From Tubiluchus corallicola (lineage: Eukaryota; Animalia; Priapulida), in the NCBI GenBank assembly GCA_030141605.1, contig JAQGDQ010002372.1, positions 434,001-498,000 of the forward strand: a stretch of 64,000 nucleotides of DNA. Reading direction: 5' to 3'. The notes under the pieces are model-generated. The model ran no database searches. It was given only the letters and a program-made list of their open reading frames with translations, and had not been told where the DNA came from. This document shows, in pieces, positions 38,662 to 52,296 of this stretch (positions are counted from its first letter, which is position 1; each line of letters begins with the position of its first letter). A program made the translations under genes and the position numbers.

Positions 38662-39737
38662 CTTAAAACAGAAGTATTATATTCTTTTACATTTTACTTT
38701 CAATTGCACAAATGCGATATTCTCAAAAAACGTTTCTACGCGGAACCTCAAACTTTTTTTTGACTATCTGGGTATAATTTTTACTTTCTAATGTCGCTCC
38801 TTTGGTAAAACCACGTCAAAATAAAAAGGAATAGTTTTTATTTGTATGTATATTTATATGTATATCTGCTACTGTCTTTAAAATTAACTTTCAAAGAAGC
38901 ATTGCTGAAAGAAAAGAAATCACAAGGAGGACAGCTGCGGACTTACATTAATTTCATCCAAAAATATCTCACCAATACATCAGTAGCTATCAAAAATGCA
39001 CGGAGAGTGGAGCTACGTGGGAGTTTGCGGGTGACAGAGCAGCATGGTCTGAAGTGATTGCAAGAGTCAAGTTAGAGGACGTGCGACTCCAGCACTTTTC
39101 ACTTTCGTTCACATTTGGTTTCATATACTTTTCTTTTTGCTAGTTTTACCTGTCGTGAGGGCAGATTTCTTTTAATTTAGAGTGTCTACAATAGACGTAA
39201 TGGGCATATGATGATGGTGAGTTACTAAAAACTGTTATCTTACTGACTATGAAAAAAGCTTTGCTCCTTTTGCTTGGACTTGTAGATAAAAATGATGTAA
39301 AAGGTGTCGTTTAGTACTCTTTCAAGTTTCAAGAATTATTTTAGCAGAATTGTGTGTGCGTAAAGTATTTTAACGTGATTGTAGATGACTATAAATGACC
39401 ACAAATTACAGATTAATTGTGTTTAACATTTTTAACATGTTTTTTCACCAGATTTTCCGAAAGTTGAACAAACGTTTTGGTTACCTCGAATTTTCTGCAC
39501 CTAAAACCAAAGACAATTTATTTCAAATAACATAAGTTATCACCTAGCGTATATGGGGTGTTGGCCACATTTAAATTTCTTCAGTGATATAGCCTGTATT
39601 ATTACTAGTGTTTATGTACACACTTAGCAGACACATCGATGTATTTGTCTGCTTTACAGGAATGCGAAGAAATGGTTTTTGTCGCTCACTTCATTGTAAT
39701 CGGCCGTATTACTTGTGCACTCTGTGCAGTCTAAATC

Positions 39738-40090
39738 AGGGCAACGTTAGCCAGTTGCATGTAATATCGGCCGCCATATAGGGTAATGTTAGCCAGTTGC
39801 ATGTAATATCGGCCACCACATAGGGTAATGTTAGCCAGTTGCATGTAATATCGGCCACCATATAGGGTAATGTTAGCCAGTGGCATATAATATCGGCCAC
39901 CATATAGGGTAATGTTAGCCAGTGGCATGTAATATCGGCCACCACATAGGGTAATGTTAGCCAGTTGCATGTAATATCGGCCACCATATAGGGTAATGTT
40001 AGCCAGTGGCATATAATATCGGCCGCCATATAGGGTAATGTTAGCCAGTGGCATGTAATATCGGCCACCACATAGGGTAATGTTGGCCAG
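39738..40090. repeat. 39-bp minisatellite, ~9 copies, in an intron of gene B
   Basis: Unit atagggtaatgttagccagt(t/g)gcat(g/a)taatatcggcc(a/g)cca(c/t). Confidence 0.95.
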
Positions 40091-42938
40091 CCTAACAGTG
40101 GTGCTTTTCGATACATACTAAGCACTTTGTGAATATGTTTCAGGTCTTATTATTAGAAAATTCTCATCTTACAGAAAAACACTAATGGCCCCTATCAGAC
40201 TAGATACTATTCATTGATTTATCGCGAAATGTTTAAGTCAAAATATGTTCGCTTCTCAGTTGCTGACATGCTGCGTTTTCAAACAGATTTCAAACATGAA
40301 AACAAAAGGTTACAATCAAAACAGTATAGTCATCTTCCAAGTTTACATAATTCACACATCAGAAGAACATAGACCTAGTTCATCTTTGAGCTTTACTGAC
40401 TGGTGGGAACTAGTAGATTTAATGGTAGCGATGAAACTTTTCACCTACGAATCAGACTAACTTGTCACGTCGTCTTTTATTTTAAATAGAAGTGTTATGC
40501 AACAAAATAATGTGGGAAGTTGTTGTCCTGCAATTTTCCAGGAGCCAACAAGGCATATGAACCAGCAAAATCAACGACCCAGGTGGTGTAATTAATCTGC
40601 TTTTTGAAAGAAGTTGCAATGCTGAAAGGTTCACTTGAAAAACCAGTGGGTCTAGACCGGGTTTCCACTGCGTCCGCACTGACACGCACATGCACAGATT
40701 TTTCTGTTCGCACGTTTTAGGTCCGCTAAAGTTGTTTCCATTGAGTCCGCACTCATTCTGTACCATTTTGTACAAAGTGCCATAAAGCAGTGAAATTTTG
40801 AGCTTTCTAAAAGAAAAAATAATTTGATTTTGCTACATTAGTTAAAGATTAATTGAAAAGGGCAAATAGGCAACACAGCGAGGGACAATATCGTTTTGGA
40901 GCTTGAAAATAATGAACACCTAGGCGCGTAACATCACATCGCAACAATGCAAGAGGAAGAAAAGTCCCTAAATTAAGAATGCAACTTGCAACTTTAGGTA
41001 TTTTGTTTTTCTATTGAATTTAAATATATTCGGTGTATTCACTTTATTCGTTGAAAGAAAAAATCGGATTTTATACCGAGACTTAAATAATCACCATTGT
41101 CGCTTATAATTTTCATCATTGCAACTGTAAAACTACGCAATGTGTAAAATTGTGCAATAATAATAGATTAACAGGACAACATCAAAATTCTGTTACAGTT
41201 ATTGCGTATAGCAATTATTCAACGCATGTAATTGTTTACTTGTAATTTTGTAAATTTAAAAAAGCATTGAACGAGGAATCGCAAACCGACCTAAATGTAC
41301 AAAGCTTTAGAAATAAATAAAATCAATAACAAAAACTAAATGTTCTACATTCATTACTGATCTCACTCGCTATTTAAATTCACAGCTGTCTTGTAAAAGT
41401 ATGTGACTGCATATAGGGTTACTCTTATCATAGAGGGAAAACCAATTTCTACAACGTATATGATTATTTTCCTTCTTTATTATGAAAATGCAGGTGATAG
41501 ACAACTAGAACAAGGGAAACACATCTAGCTAAACAATCCTGGCAGGATTGCTATTCATTAAACACTGGAAGGGCCATTTCCGTTAGAAGCAGCTGAATTG
41601 TGGTTGTCAGCTGTTGTTCGTACCACATTTGATCAAACGTTGATCTAAAAAGTTTTTTTAGTTAATAAACTAGTCAAAAATGATGTGGAAATTTTTGTTG
41701 TCCAGTATGCACTTTAAGCAAAAAAATGCTGGAACAATATACACCATATGTGAAGTAGAATTACACAATTACGCACGCCTACTGTATTAACTGCGCCATT
41801 TTCCCTTATTTTACGTTAGAGTCTGTGAACTGCTACACTGACAAGCTATTAAAACAGTAGCTTCCATAATTTGGACTGATTGGTTTATTAACATGCTGGT
41901 TGGTTGATGCTTGATCGTTTGGTTGTTCAATTGCTTGTATAACTTGAACTGGCTAATCAGTTTGTCGGTCGTTACTTTTAAGTTTAAATTAAAATTGCTT
42001 ACTTCATTCAATTATTTGTTCATTTATCTCTTTCCACGCATCATTTCCTGCATTTGATCAACCAAGCAAAACAACATCATGGATATTATTATACTCTACC
42101 ACAGTCAGCAGCTAACAAGTTCACCACATTAAATCATCACAGTGTCTGGTGACCATAACTTCCATCATCAGTCACTAACTGTACCCAACCATCACGCTAT
42201 CGGCCACTAACGCTACACCTTAAAAATATCAATAATGCGCGCACTTTCAATGTAGTGCTTTTGTAGGTAAAGCCAGAAATGTAAACATTCTGGTTTTTAA
42301 TGGTAGCTAAAAGTAATTCTTGCTTCAAGTAGCAATTGGAGATACGTGTAAAGTAACTTTGGCTTTTGAATAGTTTTTGCTCGAAAGAGTATATTTACTC
42401 GAATTATATATTATAATAAATACATAATTAGCAATTTTAAATTGTGTTTTTTCTAGTTATGTTATGGTATTAATGTTAATAGTATGAACGTATAGTGAAG
42501 ACTTCGTTAAGCCCATTTGCTATTTTGTAGATAAGATATTTTATGTTGTTTTGTTTTCCCATTTTGTTACTTTGGCAAAAATTCTATTAACTCAGCTTTT
42601 CATGTTTATCTCACTCAGCAAATTAAAATTTGAACAATTTTGTGTCTGCCTGCTGAACAATTAACCAATTATATTTTTCATCCGCCTGCCCATAAACATA
42701 GGTTATCGTTGAAGGAATGGCTCAGAGGAATATATAGAATGTCGAGGATTTGATTCAGAAAGCCCAAGAAAAGATTTTGAGGGACAGCATAGAATACCGA
42801 GATAATAACAAAATATCACAAAAGACATATAAAAGAAATGCCACGAAACTTTGAGCAAATTACACTTTTAGTAACTCTTAAATTAAAAGCAAGATTTAAC
42901 CGTCAAAGACACGCCCACCTGTGCACAATTGCACTCAC

Positions 42939-43093
42939 GATTGCTGCCCATCAATCCATAAATTCACAGAATCCCGTCTCACGTAGAACAAATACTGATT
43001 TCCCCCATTTGCTGAACTAGTGGCATATGATATGAATGTAAGATCATCTGCTGTTCCTCCAGCACCGGTATTAGGGACGTCAGTTTTCACCCA
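42939..43093 (-). CDS. Pentraxin B exon 4
   Basis: WVKTDVPNTG...FISYATSSANGGNQYLFYV. Confidence 0.82.
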
Positions 43094-44393
43094 CTAAAGC
43101 AATACACCAAATACACAAATGAGAATTTTTACGTGTTCTTTCGCATTAATTTATAATTAGCTATAACTTTCCAATAATTTTCCGGTATAATAATATTATT
43201 TAATGTAAAAAAGCACCGTGTTAACATACAATGGTTGAATTAAATGTTAACATAAAAATCCGATTGCCTAGATCACTTTTTGGCAAGACGTTTGACAATG
43301 ATGTTCAAAATGGTATTTGTTGGTCGTTAACTATGTTTAGTCCTTTGTAAAGCGTAATATATACATGAATATCTTATTTATTCTACACGTTGAATGTCTA
43401 AAAATTAGGCAGATTGGTGATAAATAAAAAATCTCATAACAAAGAAAATGAAAGCTACACAATGTTTTGATCCGAACCTCTGCTAATACACTACAAACAG
43501 TTTTATTTTTTGCGTTTTCCGCTTAGTCCAGCATAAACCGTTTACAATGCTTCATTAAATATAATCCAGGGCATCGTGTTTCCATGCTGTAGTTTATGTA
43601 TCGTGTATTGAGTTGTTGCGACTAGTGCTTTGTGTGTGTTTTTTTTCTTTTGTGGTTTTTATTTACTATGTGCATAGTGCTTCTCCTCTGCTTGCATTCC
43701 TTTGCACGTGACTTTAGTGAATACGTTTATATTACAAAGTTCAAAACATTAATGTTTAATCGTTTGTGCTTTTTACTTAAAGATGATTCATAGTGGTGGT
43801 TTGAAATGTCGTGTATATTTTTTTGGGAGGGAGGAGGATTTTTTATTAAACCTTTCTACAGTTTTGTTGTGTGCACGAGCAGTTGCTGTAGGTCAAAGAT
43901 TAAGAGTGTCACACAACGCATCTCAACTACAACCGGCACGTGACATGTGGGTAAAGTAAAGCCGTCTGCAGCGACAGTTCAGTAAATTCAACTGTTTTAC
44001 GAGGACTTTACTTAATTATTCATTAGTCTGTGAGTAGAATGATTTACTAGTAAGATCTTGCTTGGGAACAAGAGAAAAAGAAAACTAAGTAAGGTTTTAG
44101 CTAGCTGTTAAAACTGTTATTATTATCAGGAAGGGCTGCGAAGCGTTGTCAAGTGTACACAAATGCGTTGTCTGGTACACTTAACGTTTAACCTTTTCAC
44201 GATCATCATCAATCGCTGGACCTGTGAAAAGGCTTATTGTACTGTTTCTTGACATTAAGAATTATCTCCGTGCTTGTTAAATTGGCTATACTTTTCTTAG
44301 AACATTTTCCTCCTTTGGATATGCTGCATAGCTTTAGTTTTTTATTTGAAACAAATTTTAAAACAAAACAGAATTTGATCAAATTTTACTTAC

Positions 44394-44542
44394 CATACAC
44401 GTTGTTATTTCATCCAAGTTAGTATCAATGACATCGTTTAGCTTTATATAGTCGCTAGTTCCACGTATAGGAAATGTAACCATCGTCGCGTCGGTTTCAA
44501 CTTGTGGTGCAACTTCAACGTAAAAACACGTAGGTGTTAAGC
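44394..44542 (-). CDS. Pentraxin B exon 3
   Basis: LTPTC...MVTFPIRGTSDYIKLNDVIDTNLDEITTCM. Confidence 0.82.
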
Positions 44543-45639
44543 CTGGAATTAAAAAACCTAAAATAAAGCCTGAGTACTAATTAGAAATTTAAACGACAAA
44601 GTTGATACGTTTGCAGAAATCTTACAATTCAAGCATTAAAATCACTTAATCCTGGTAGATTCTGCTTCTGTGACGTTGAATGCTTTTACTTTACATGTCA
44701 ACAAATGAACAATGTAAAAGTAAACAATAAAGTTTGTTACTCCAAATGAAATGAGATCAAATTTGTTTCAAGGTCACAATTTTGGCTTCATTGACTCCAA
44801 TATGCTGACTATGTATAAGAACTGCGCTTTATGTGAATTTAGTTTTGACATGAAACTGAAGGCCGGTTTTAAGCCAATCAGACAGATTTGTTCAAATTGG
44901 GCCTCGCGCACACGCGCTAGCGGAGGATGTTATGACGCATTAATGAGTGTCTAGTGTGCACGAAGTTTCGTGATACTATGCAGGCAGTTAAACTATCCTG
45001 TCTCTCTTCGTATATCTATGTTTCAATGTTTTTGCTGATCATTTTGTAATTTCAGATTATCGCCACCATTTACCTTTTAAAAAGATAACTGGCGAGCCCT
45101 ACATGGATTAGTTTTCTCGTCATTAGATTTTAATTTTACTAATTTGTGAATGATGTTCAAATCCTCAACACGGAAAGAGCGACACAGGGCGAAGTTATCT
45201 GAGCAGCAATCATAAACGAGCACTGGCAAAGACTAATGCAGCCGAAAATGAACAACGTGCTGAGGATGAAGAAAACAAGAACAACTCAGAAAATGACAAC
45301 ACAGCCATGAGTCCAATGATTTTGAAAGATTTTTTTATAAAAAAGCCAGATTAGTCTTTTTTGAGAAAACCTATGCACAAAGAGTATATCAGTAATTATT
45401 GTGACTTAGTATAAGTCACATTAAAACTTTCATATGGGCTTTCAATTTTTAGTATATCATTGTGGCTAATGGTGGAACATCAAGATCTCGGCGCTTTTTG
45501 GCTGAAACTAGCGTACAACACAAAGCATAAAATATCAATCTTCAGCTTCAGCTTTCGAAGGATAGGGGGCAAAAATTTTCTAAATGGACTCCGCGTCGGC
45601 CCTGGCTGAGGTATAATCCTGTACATGCTATCCGCAAAA

Positions 45640-45970
45640 AAATCAGCAAAATAAGGTTATTTGCAGATGACTGCAGTATGTGTTGACAAATTTGCACTGC
45701 ACAAGATCGGGTTTTACTTCAGAATGACAATACTTTGCAAAATTGGGCAGTTTATGCTTTTCAGCACAATTAAATGAGATTCTGCAGATGAAGATTAAAG
45801 TTTTTGTTCACATAATAGTTAAGCAATGTACAATTTGAAATTGAAGACTAGGCGAGGTATATCGGTGTTACATTTAAGCAAAAACCAGGAATACCAATAA
45901 CCATGTCGACATTATGGCAAAACAGGCAGCCACTTAGAATTTTTTACAACTCGACCTGAACAACAGACAG
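45640..45970 (+). mobile_element. Eroded LINE (CR1/L2-like) RT C-terminal remnant
   Basis: ISKIRLFADDCSM...QDRVLLQND...LQNWA with stops and frameshifts. Confidence 0.6.
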
Positions 45971-47945
45971 AAACAATAAAACAACATAATTACATCTCGC
46001 TGGTAAGGTCGGAGATGAAGTACAACACAACAATCTGGAACCAACACTTTAAAAGGATAGTCATACATCGGAAAAAAATCAAAAGACGGGCAACTAGGTT
46101 TGTACTCAGTGACTATCATAATCATAGCAGTATATCAAACTCAGGAAAAAGTCACAATTAGTTTTGGCTGCGATTAGAGTTAGTGTACACGTGCAATTAC
46201 CTTCTATATCATCAACTCCAAATTTAACTGCCTTTCTAAACTTGTGAAGGTAGGGCTGCAATGGGTTGAAATATCCTGTAAATAATAATATTTCAAATTA
46301 AGTTACAAGCTAAAAACTGCGCAATTAAAATCAAATTTATTTTTACATATTAAAACTCAGATCTTGCGTTTTTTTAAGACACCATGTGCAGTGGTGTAGG
46401 GTGGATTTGACTGCTCTATGTGGTACCTGTATTTATATAGTTAGATTTACTGTTTACCTATTTTTAGCAGGCTTTGTGATTTTTAATGGCCTTGAAGCTT
46501 TTACAGTCTTTTTCTTTGTACTTTCCATGCGATTATGAGATACTTCTATTGTTTGTTATGAAACCCTTCTGCCTTGAAGATGAAGGATGCGCGGTAAAAG
46601 TGGCACAGGAAAAAATGACAGTAAAATGGCACTGGTAAAAATGGCTCGAATGGAAAAGAATGTAAAAACGGCACAGAAAAATGGCACATACGTTATTTTG
46701 ATGCAATTAATTTTAATAATAAAACTAGAATGCGCTCAGTAGAAGCAGATCTCTGCCAAAGCTGAACAATCCTAAACTTATTCGTCTGATTCTTCTGATT
46801 AAAAAAAACAACACAAAGATAAACATTGTCCCACATAGTGCTTACCTATCGTTTAACAATTCATTTTGGTAATTGTAATAGACTGACAGATATATACCTA
46901 CCAAGTCATTTATTAGGCTATACACATTAATAAAAAAAGTTAGGTGGAGATAACAAAAAAGAAGTACTAAACCCTCACTACACATTAATAAAGAAAGTTG
47001 AGTGGAGATAGCAAAAAAGAAGAACTAAACACTCCGTCTGAGATCTTCATGGAGTACTTCACGAATATTTTTTGTACGTAGTGTTCGGTTAAGTTTTGAG
47101 AAAAAAGAACCGGCACAAAGATTCCCATTTTGGCACCCCCTAAGCCCGCCTTTCTTCACAAAGTTTCTTAGAAATCTGTTAGATAGTTTTTGCATAATAG
47201 GCTTACTGCCTCAACAGACGAAAACAGTCAAACAAACAGACAAACGAACAAACTGTGTTGAAGTATGGCTTCTTTGGCAGAAGTAGCTAAAATAATTATT
47301 CCCATTATCCCCCACTATAACCCTAACCTCAAACACATATACTTACACCAACCCTAAATACTTTACCAGGCGTACCATTTTTATCTACTTTCTATTTGTG
47401 CCATTTTTTTCTGCGCCATTTTATTCTTGAACCATTTTTACTGTGATATTTTTTCTGTGCCATTTTTTACTTACATTCGCGTTGAAAGTATGATATATTT
47501 TATTATAATAATTTCTAAAAAAAAAATAAATTGTTTAGATTTGCATGTGTAGTTCATTATCGTTATACTCTAAGTGTTCGGTTTATGTAACGGCGTATCA
47601 GAAGATCTATGCAGATGAGTGTGCAGATACCAAACCATGTAGTGTTTTATATATGATACAAATAATTTTAAATTGAACTTTATCGGCAGCCAGGCCGTGC
47701 GATCAATGATAAAAAGTAATTAGAAGGAAGGTTTAAAACTTGAAACACTGTTAATATTGTCATTGCAGCTTTCCTAGTTTGACTCAGGGCGCACACGAAT
47801 GCAAAACCCGCTTGCAATAACTTGTATGAGACAGACTTTTACTCGTTTGAGGACTCAAACATTTTACCAACTTTGTTTATTAACGTGCTTTAATTTTCTG
47901 TTTCAGACAAATTGATCGCGCTGTTGTCTGTCTCAGACTAAACCA

Positions 47946-48024
47946 GGAGCCGGTTTCACAAAGCCGTCACTAAGTTAACGACGTCGTTATTACATTTTAC
48001 TAACGGCTTTGTGAAATCGGGCCC
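47946..48024. mobile_element. ~80-bp mini-MITE/hairpin
   Basis: ggagccggtttcacaaagccgt / acggctttgtgaaatcgggccc. Confidence 0.6.
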
Positions 48025-51000
48025 AGAACAGATCAACAAAAACAATTGTTTTGATCACGTGTCATCATCACCCATGACACAGTTTGCTTCATACAAAAGT
48101 TGTCGTATGCAGGAAAATTTTGTCTGAGACAATTTCGGTCAAAAAACTTTTCGCAGATAATTTTCCTACCATATGCAACTAATATAATTAGTCAGTTTTC
48201 TACAGTTTGATAAGGCCGCACACTTTACAAAGTAGCTTACCCGATATATTTCCAGCCTTTCTCCTTCCGTAGCCGCTGCTTCCCCTGTATGCATTACGAC
48301 TTCCACCTGATTGCGCCATTATATCCAGACAAGCAAAAACAAATCCAGCCACGGAATACTAAAATAAATAGACAAATAGTTGTGCATCACTTTCTTTTTT
48401 CAGAGATGTTTAAGCTGCATTGTTATAATATTGTACTGTTTATGGCAATAAATTATCCACTAATACTAGAAAGGAAATTGATTTTATTTTTTGTGGACAA
48501 AGACTTTTGCGCGACTTACATAATACCATGTGTGAAAGTTTGACTGTAATAAGTTATGCTGCAGAGGAGCAAGTCACTGCAGAAAACCAAATCCGTAAAG
48601 CAAGTGTGAATGTTGGATTTGACCGAGTTACACTGCACATGATTCATACACCAAATGTAAATGTTAGATCGGGTCAAGTTACACTGCATAGGATTTTAAC
48701 TGTACCAAGTGTATATGATAAACTAGACTGAAATGCATTGCAGAGCATAAAGTATGTATTAAGTGAAAATGTCAGTATGGATCAAGTTACACTGTAAACG
48801 ACCTAGTCCGCATCAAGTCAGACTGGACCGAGTTACATTGTATAGGGAAGAACCTGTGCCAAGTGCAAAAACCTATCTAACTTGCACTGAAACAGACTTA
48901 ATCCGCATCAAGCATAGCAGAGTTACACAACAGAGGCCAATTAAATACAGGCCAAGTTTAAATGCCAGACTGAGGCAAGACTAGTAAGACGTTTTGGTCT
49001 GAACTAGCTTTGTCAGTGTAAATCGGGTATTAATAAAGAAATTATTTCAAATGGCATGTACTTTTTGGCTTCTAAGTTTTAATAAAATTTGAACGTTTTG
49101 AATTTTTAAATGCTACTTGCGATAATGAAATTATTTCAACTGAAAAGCTTACCCATCTCTTCATTGATAAAGGAAGACCTTTATTTACTAAAAGGTAAGC
49201 GAGACGAAAAAGATTCTAGATATATTCGTTTGGACCACCACAACAAACTGCTGTTGCGGCGTAGTCGACAAGAATGTTATAAAGTAGCCTTTGAAGTAAG
49301 TGACCTGTGGTAAAGAGAAAAATTACTGCTATATGCAATGTTACCAAAACGTTTTTGTGACGTTTTTGACACGCGTTTCTGCCTAATAATTTATTTACTT
49401 TTACATTTATTGTTTCACTTCGGATTCGAGGTTCATATCAAATTCAAATTACAAACAAACACAGACAAATGAATATAAAGTTACAAAACTCACAAATTAC
49501 TGTCGTTTACCGATATTTAAGAGACGAATACCCGCAAAAAAATATATATAAAAAAACAAATATAGATAAATAGATAATACATTCAAATTACCGACATATT
49601 CAGACATGAAGCTCAAAAATCAAAATGAATATTAATAATACGCAAAATTGTATTACACCAAGGACCTTGATTACACCTAGACACACAAATTTATGACACA
49701 ATTATTATCATATCATATCACATTTATCATATAATATAAAGTTAAAGCACTTTAATTAGACGAATAAAAATAATCTACACACTACTCCTGAGCAAGTGAG
49801 TGGGTTGCACCAAACTGGTGATGACATTACTATTTAAAGTCGCAATTAAAGAACTATATACAATACTTCAGAGCCTACAAGATAAACTATACAAATAGTT
49901 TCTTAAAGTAAAACCAAACTACCCTGTGCTTGACAAACAAAGCTCTTACACTGTAGTCAAATGGCTTCTTAGTTTACGTAGTGACAATTATGAGGCACCT
50001 TCAATTTTTCTATGTTATGATTGTTGCGTCTCCAAATTACCATACCGTTAAAGAAGTGGTGTGTCCGAGAAATAAATACAGTAACGACAAGAGAACATTT
50101 GAAAAACTTTTAAATAAGCTTATTGGCTCGTAGTCAAAGCAACGACCGTTGTTACTGCCTCCACGAGTATATTGGGAAGCCGCTTATACCTTTAAAGGCG
50201 TTTTAATCCATAAGCCTTGTTATGCTACTATTAAATTTCACTTTTTAGCCTTGTTATGGACCGGCTCTGACAGCAAAAACTAGCGTTGACACGGTACAGG
50301 AATTACCAGTGAACCATAACAAATTGCCGCTAACAATAATGTAAGTTGCTTTCAGCTAAAACCAGGCGCAGCAATAAAAAAGTCACTCGATTATATTTAC
50401 AGTTATTTATTCATTTACCTATATTTTCTTAATAATTTACTTTACAATTGACGCGCTACGTCAGTCTGTTACATTGTTGTGAGCGTGGCTGTACGTTTAT
50501 TGTTAACGGAAAAGATCACAACTTTAAAGCAAATGAAACTTTAATTACACGATTTAACGCTAAAAAATAACTATGTAGCAAGCTTTTTCCGTAGTAACTA
50601 AGACAAAGGAAGTATAAGTTCTTTATTCCTTCACAAGATGTTGGTGATAGCCAAGAAGCCTACATGACTATGATAATACAGTTTGTAGTCTGCTGGACTG
50701 AATGAAAAAAAATCCAGTACCGCGTACTCCGTTCAAATAGACATGTCATTCACTATATGAAATTGTTTTTCAATAAGAAACAATGCTAAAGGACAAGAAA
50801 AGGGATACCTGAAGTAGGTTTCAGAAAAATCACCTTAAAAGTTATATTATTTTATAGAAACTTTGTGCATGTACCGTACTCGCGTTGAAAGAATTTTTTG
50901 TTTGTTTTCATTTTAAATCTGTTCCGACCGCGCCATTACATGACGTCATATACGCACAACGTAAATCAGAGGAAGAAAAGGAAATGTTAAACTATGTCCC

Positions 51001-51760
51001 AAAAAAATTTCCATGCAAAGAGACTTAGCATTTCGCTTACCTGCTTGAAAGACGTATGTAACTAGAAAAGAAAATTATTAGTTATTTAAAATGTTTTCAC
51101 CAATTGGTAAAATGTCGTTGAAACACCTCCCGGTGCACTGCTCACTAACCGAAAACGTATTTTTAATTTTATTGACAAGAAACAGTAATCTAAAATTTAG
51201 CTTAGCTAGTGACATGTGCGCTACGAATGTTCTGATTATTACTTGGCTGCGTCTAGCGGTCACCGCTGAAATTTAAATGTACATGTTTTATACAGCGTTA
51301 CTTCCGACACAAGCCCTGTATGCAAAAAGACAGTGCGTAAGTAGTATAAAATTTAAAGAGACGAATTATTAAATTTTATGTAAGTGGATTGTTTTTTGCG
51401 CTTTGACCGTTGGCACGCAAATCACTGCATGCTTCACTTATTTTTTTAAGAAATTAAATGAACCAAAAACTTCAGCCTATATGACTGCGATTTCACTAAG
51501 AAAAATCGACCTAGTTATGTATGGGTGACGATTAGAAGTTCCATAGTCGAAACTAAAACTATAAATGAAACTGGATTTTTAAAAAAATAAGAAATCAGTA
51601 CAATGCGTTTGACGCCTTAGTACTTAGTAGGCGTACAAGTATAAATGAATTGTTGAACAGAAAATGGCAATCATAATTGGCCGATATTTAAGCCATAATA
51701 AGATTTATTTAATGTTTATTTTGTTTTATAATCCTTCAAATTGGTACAACTACAGCAGGA

Positions 51761-51920
<160 letters not shown>

Positions 51921-52219
51921 TTATTTCGAGCATAAAAATATACAGAGCATAGACTTTTTCCCTTTATTATTTTAATGTTTATTTTACTGTATAATCCACC
52001 AAACAATTATTTTGCATGCAGTTATTAGCACGACTCATTTAACGGAATGACAATTGAAAAATAATAAAGGGGCAAGAGTTTACAGCCCGAGTATACAACT
52101 TTTTAACAGCTTTATAATTAAGGTTGAGCATAGTTGCAAACTCTATTACAGAAAGTGCGAGAATTTGAGATGGGGGAGATAAGGAGAAGATAATTATGGC
52201 GAGGAAAGAACGGAAGCAC

Positions 52220-52228
52220 GTGTGTGTG

Positions 52229-52290
<62 letters not shown>
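52220..52290. repeat. (GT)n microsatellite
   Basis: Directly visible. Confidence 0.98.

Positions 52291-52296
<6 letters not shown>

Larger units (their letters stand above)
35100..48306 (-). pseudogene. Pentraxin-domain gene B, a diverged paralog and possibly disrupted. Exons 48306-48241 (tentative), 44542-44394, 43093-42939, 38661-38542, 37750-~37625, 35389-35100.
   Basis: LTPTC...FPIRGTSDYIKL...TTCM|WVKTD...FISYAT|...NQWHSVCAGY...VDG|GGYLIFGQDQ...QSFRG. Exon 5 ends in phase 2 but exon 6 needs phase 1, and exon 6 runs into TAA without the IFDSKL segment. First exon not found; a 21-nt microexon at 51041-51061 is a candidate upstream exon. Confidence 0.6.

Noticed and set aside
39738-40090. 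CRISPR-like array
   Set aside because: Head-to-tail repeats with no unique spacers, eukaryotic context and no cas genes; this is a minisatellite.
41555-41645. Possible alternative exon in gene B
   Set aside because: Has an acceptor but no pentraxin similarity and no convincing in-phase donor.
34386-47360. taaccc runs (34386, 47318) as interstitial telomeres
   Set aside because: Only about two units each, embedded in a dispersed repeat family.
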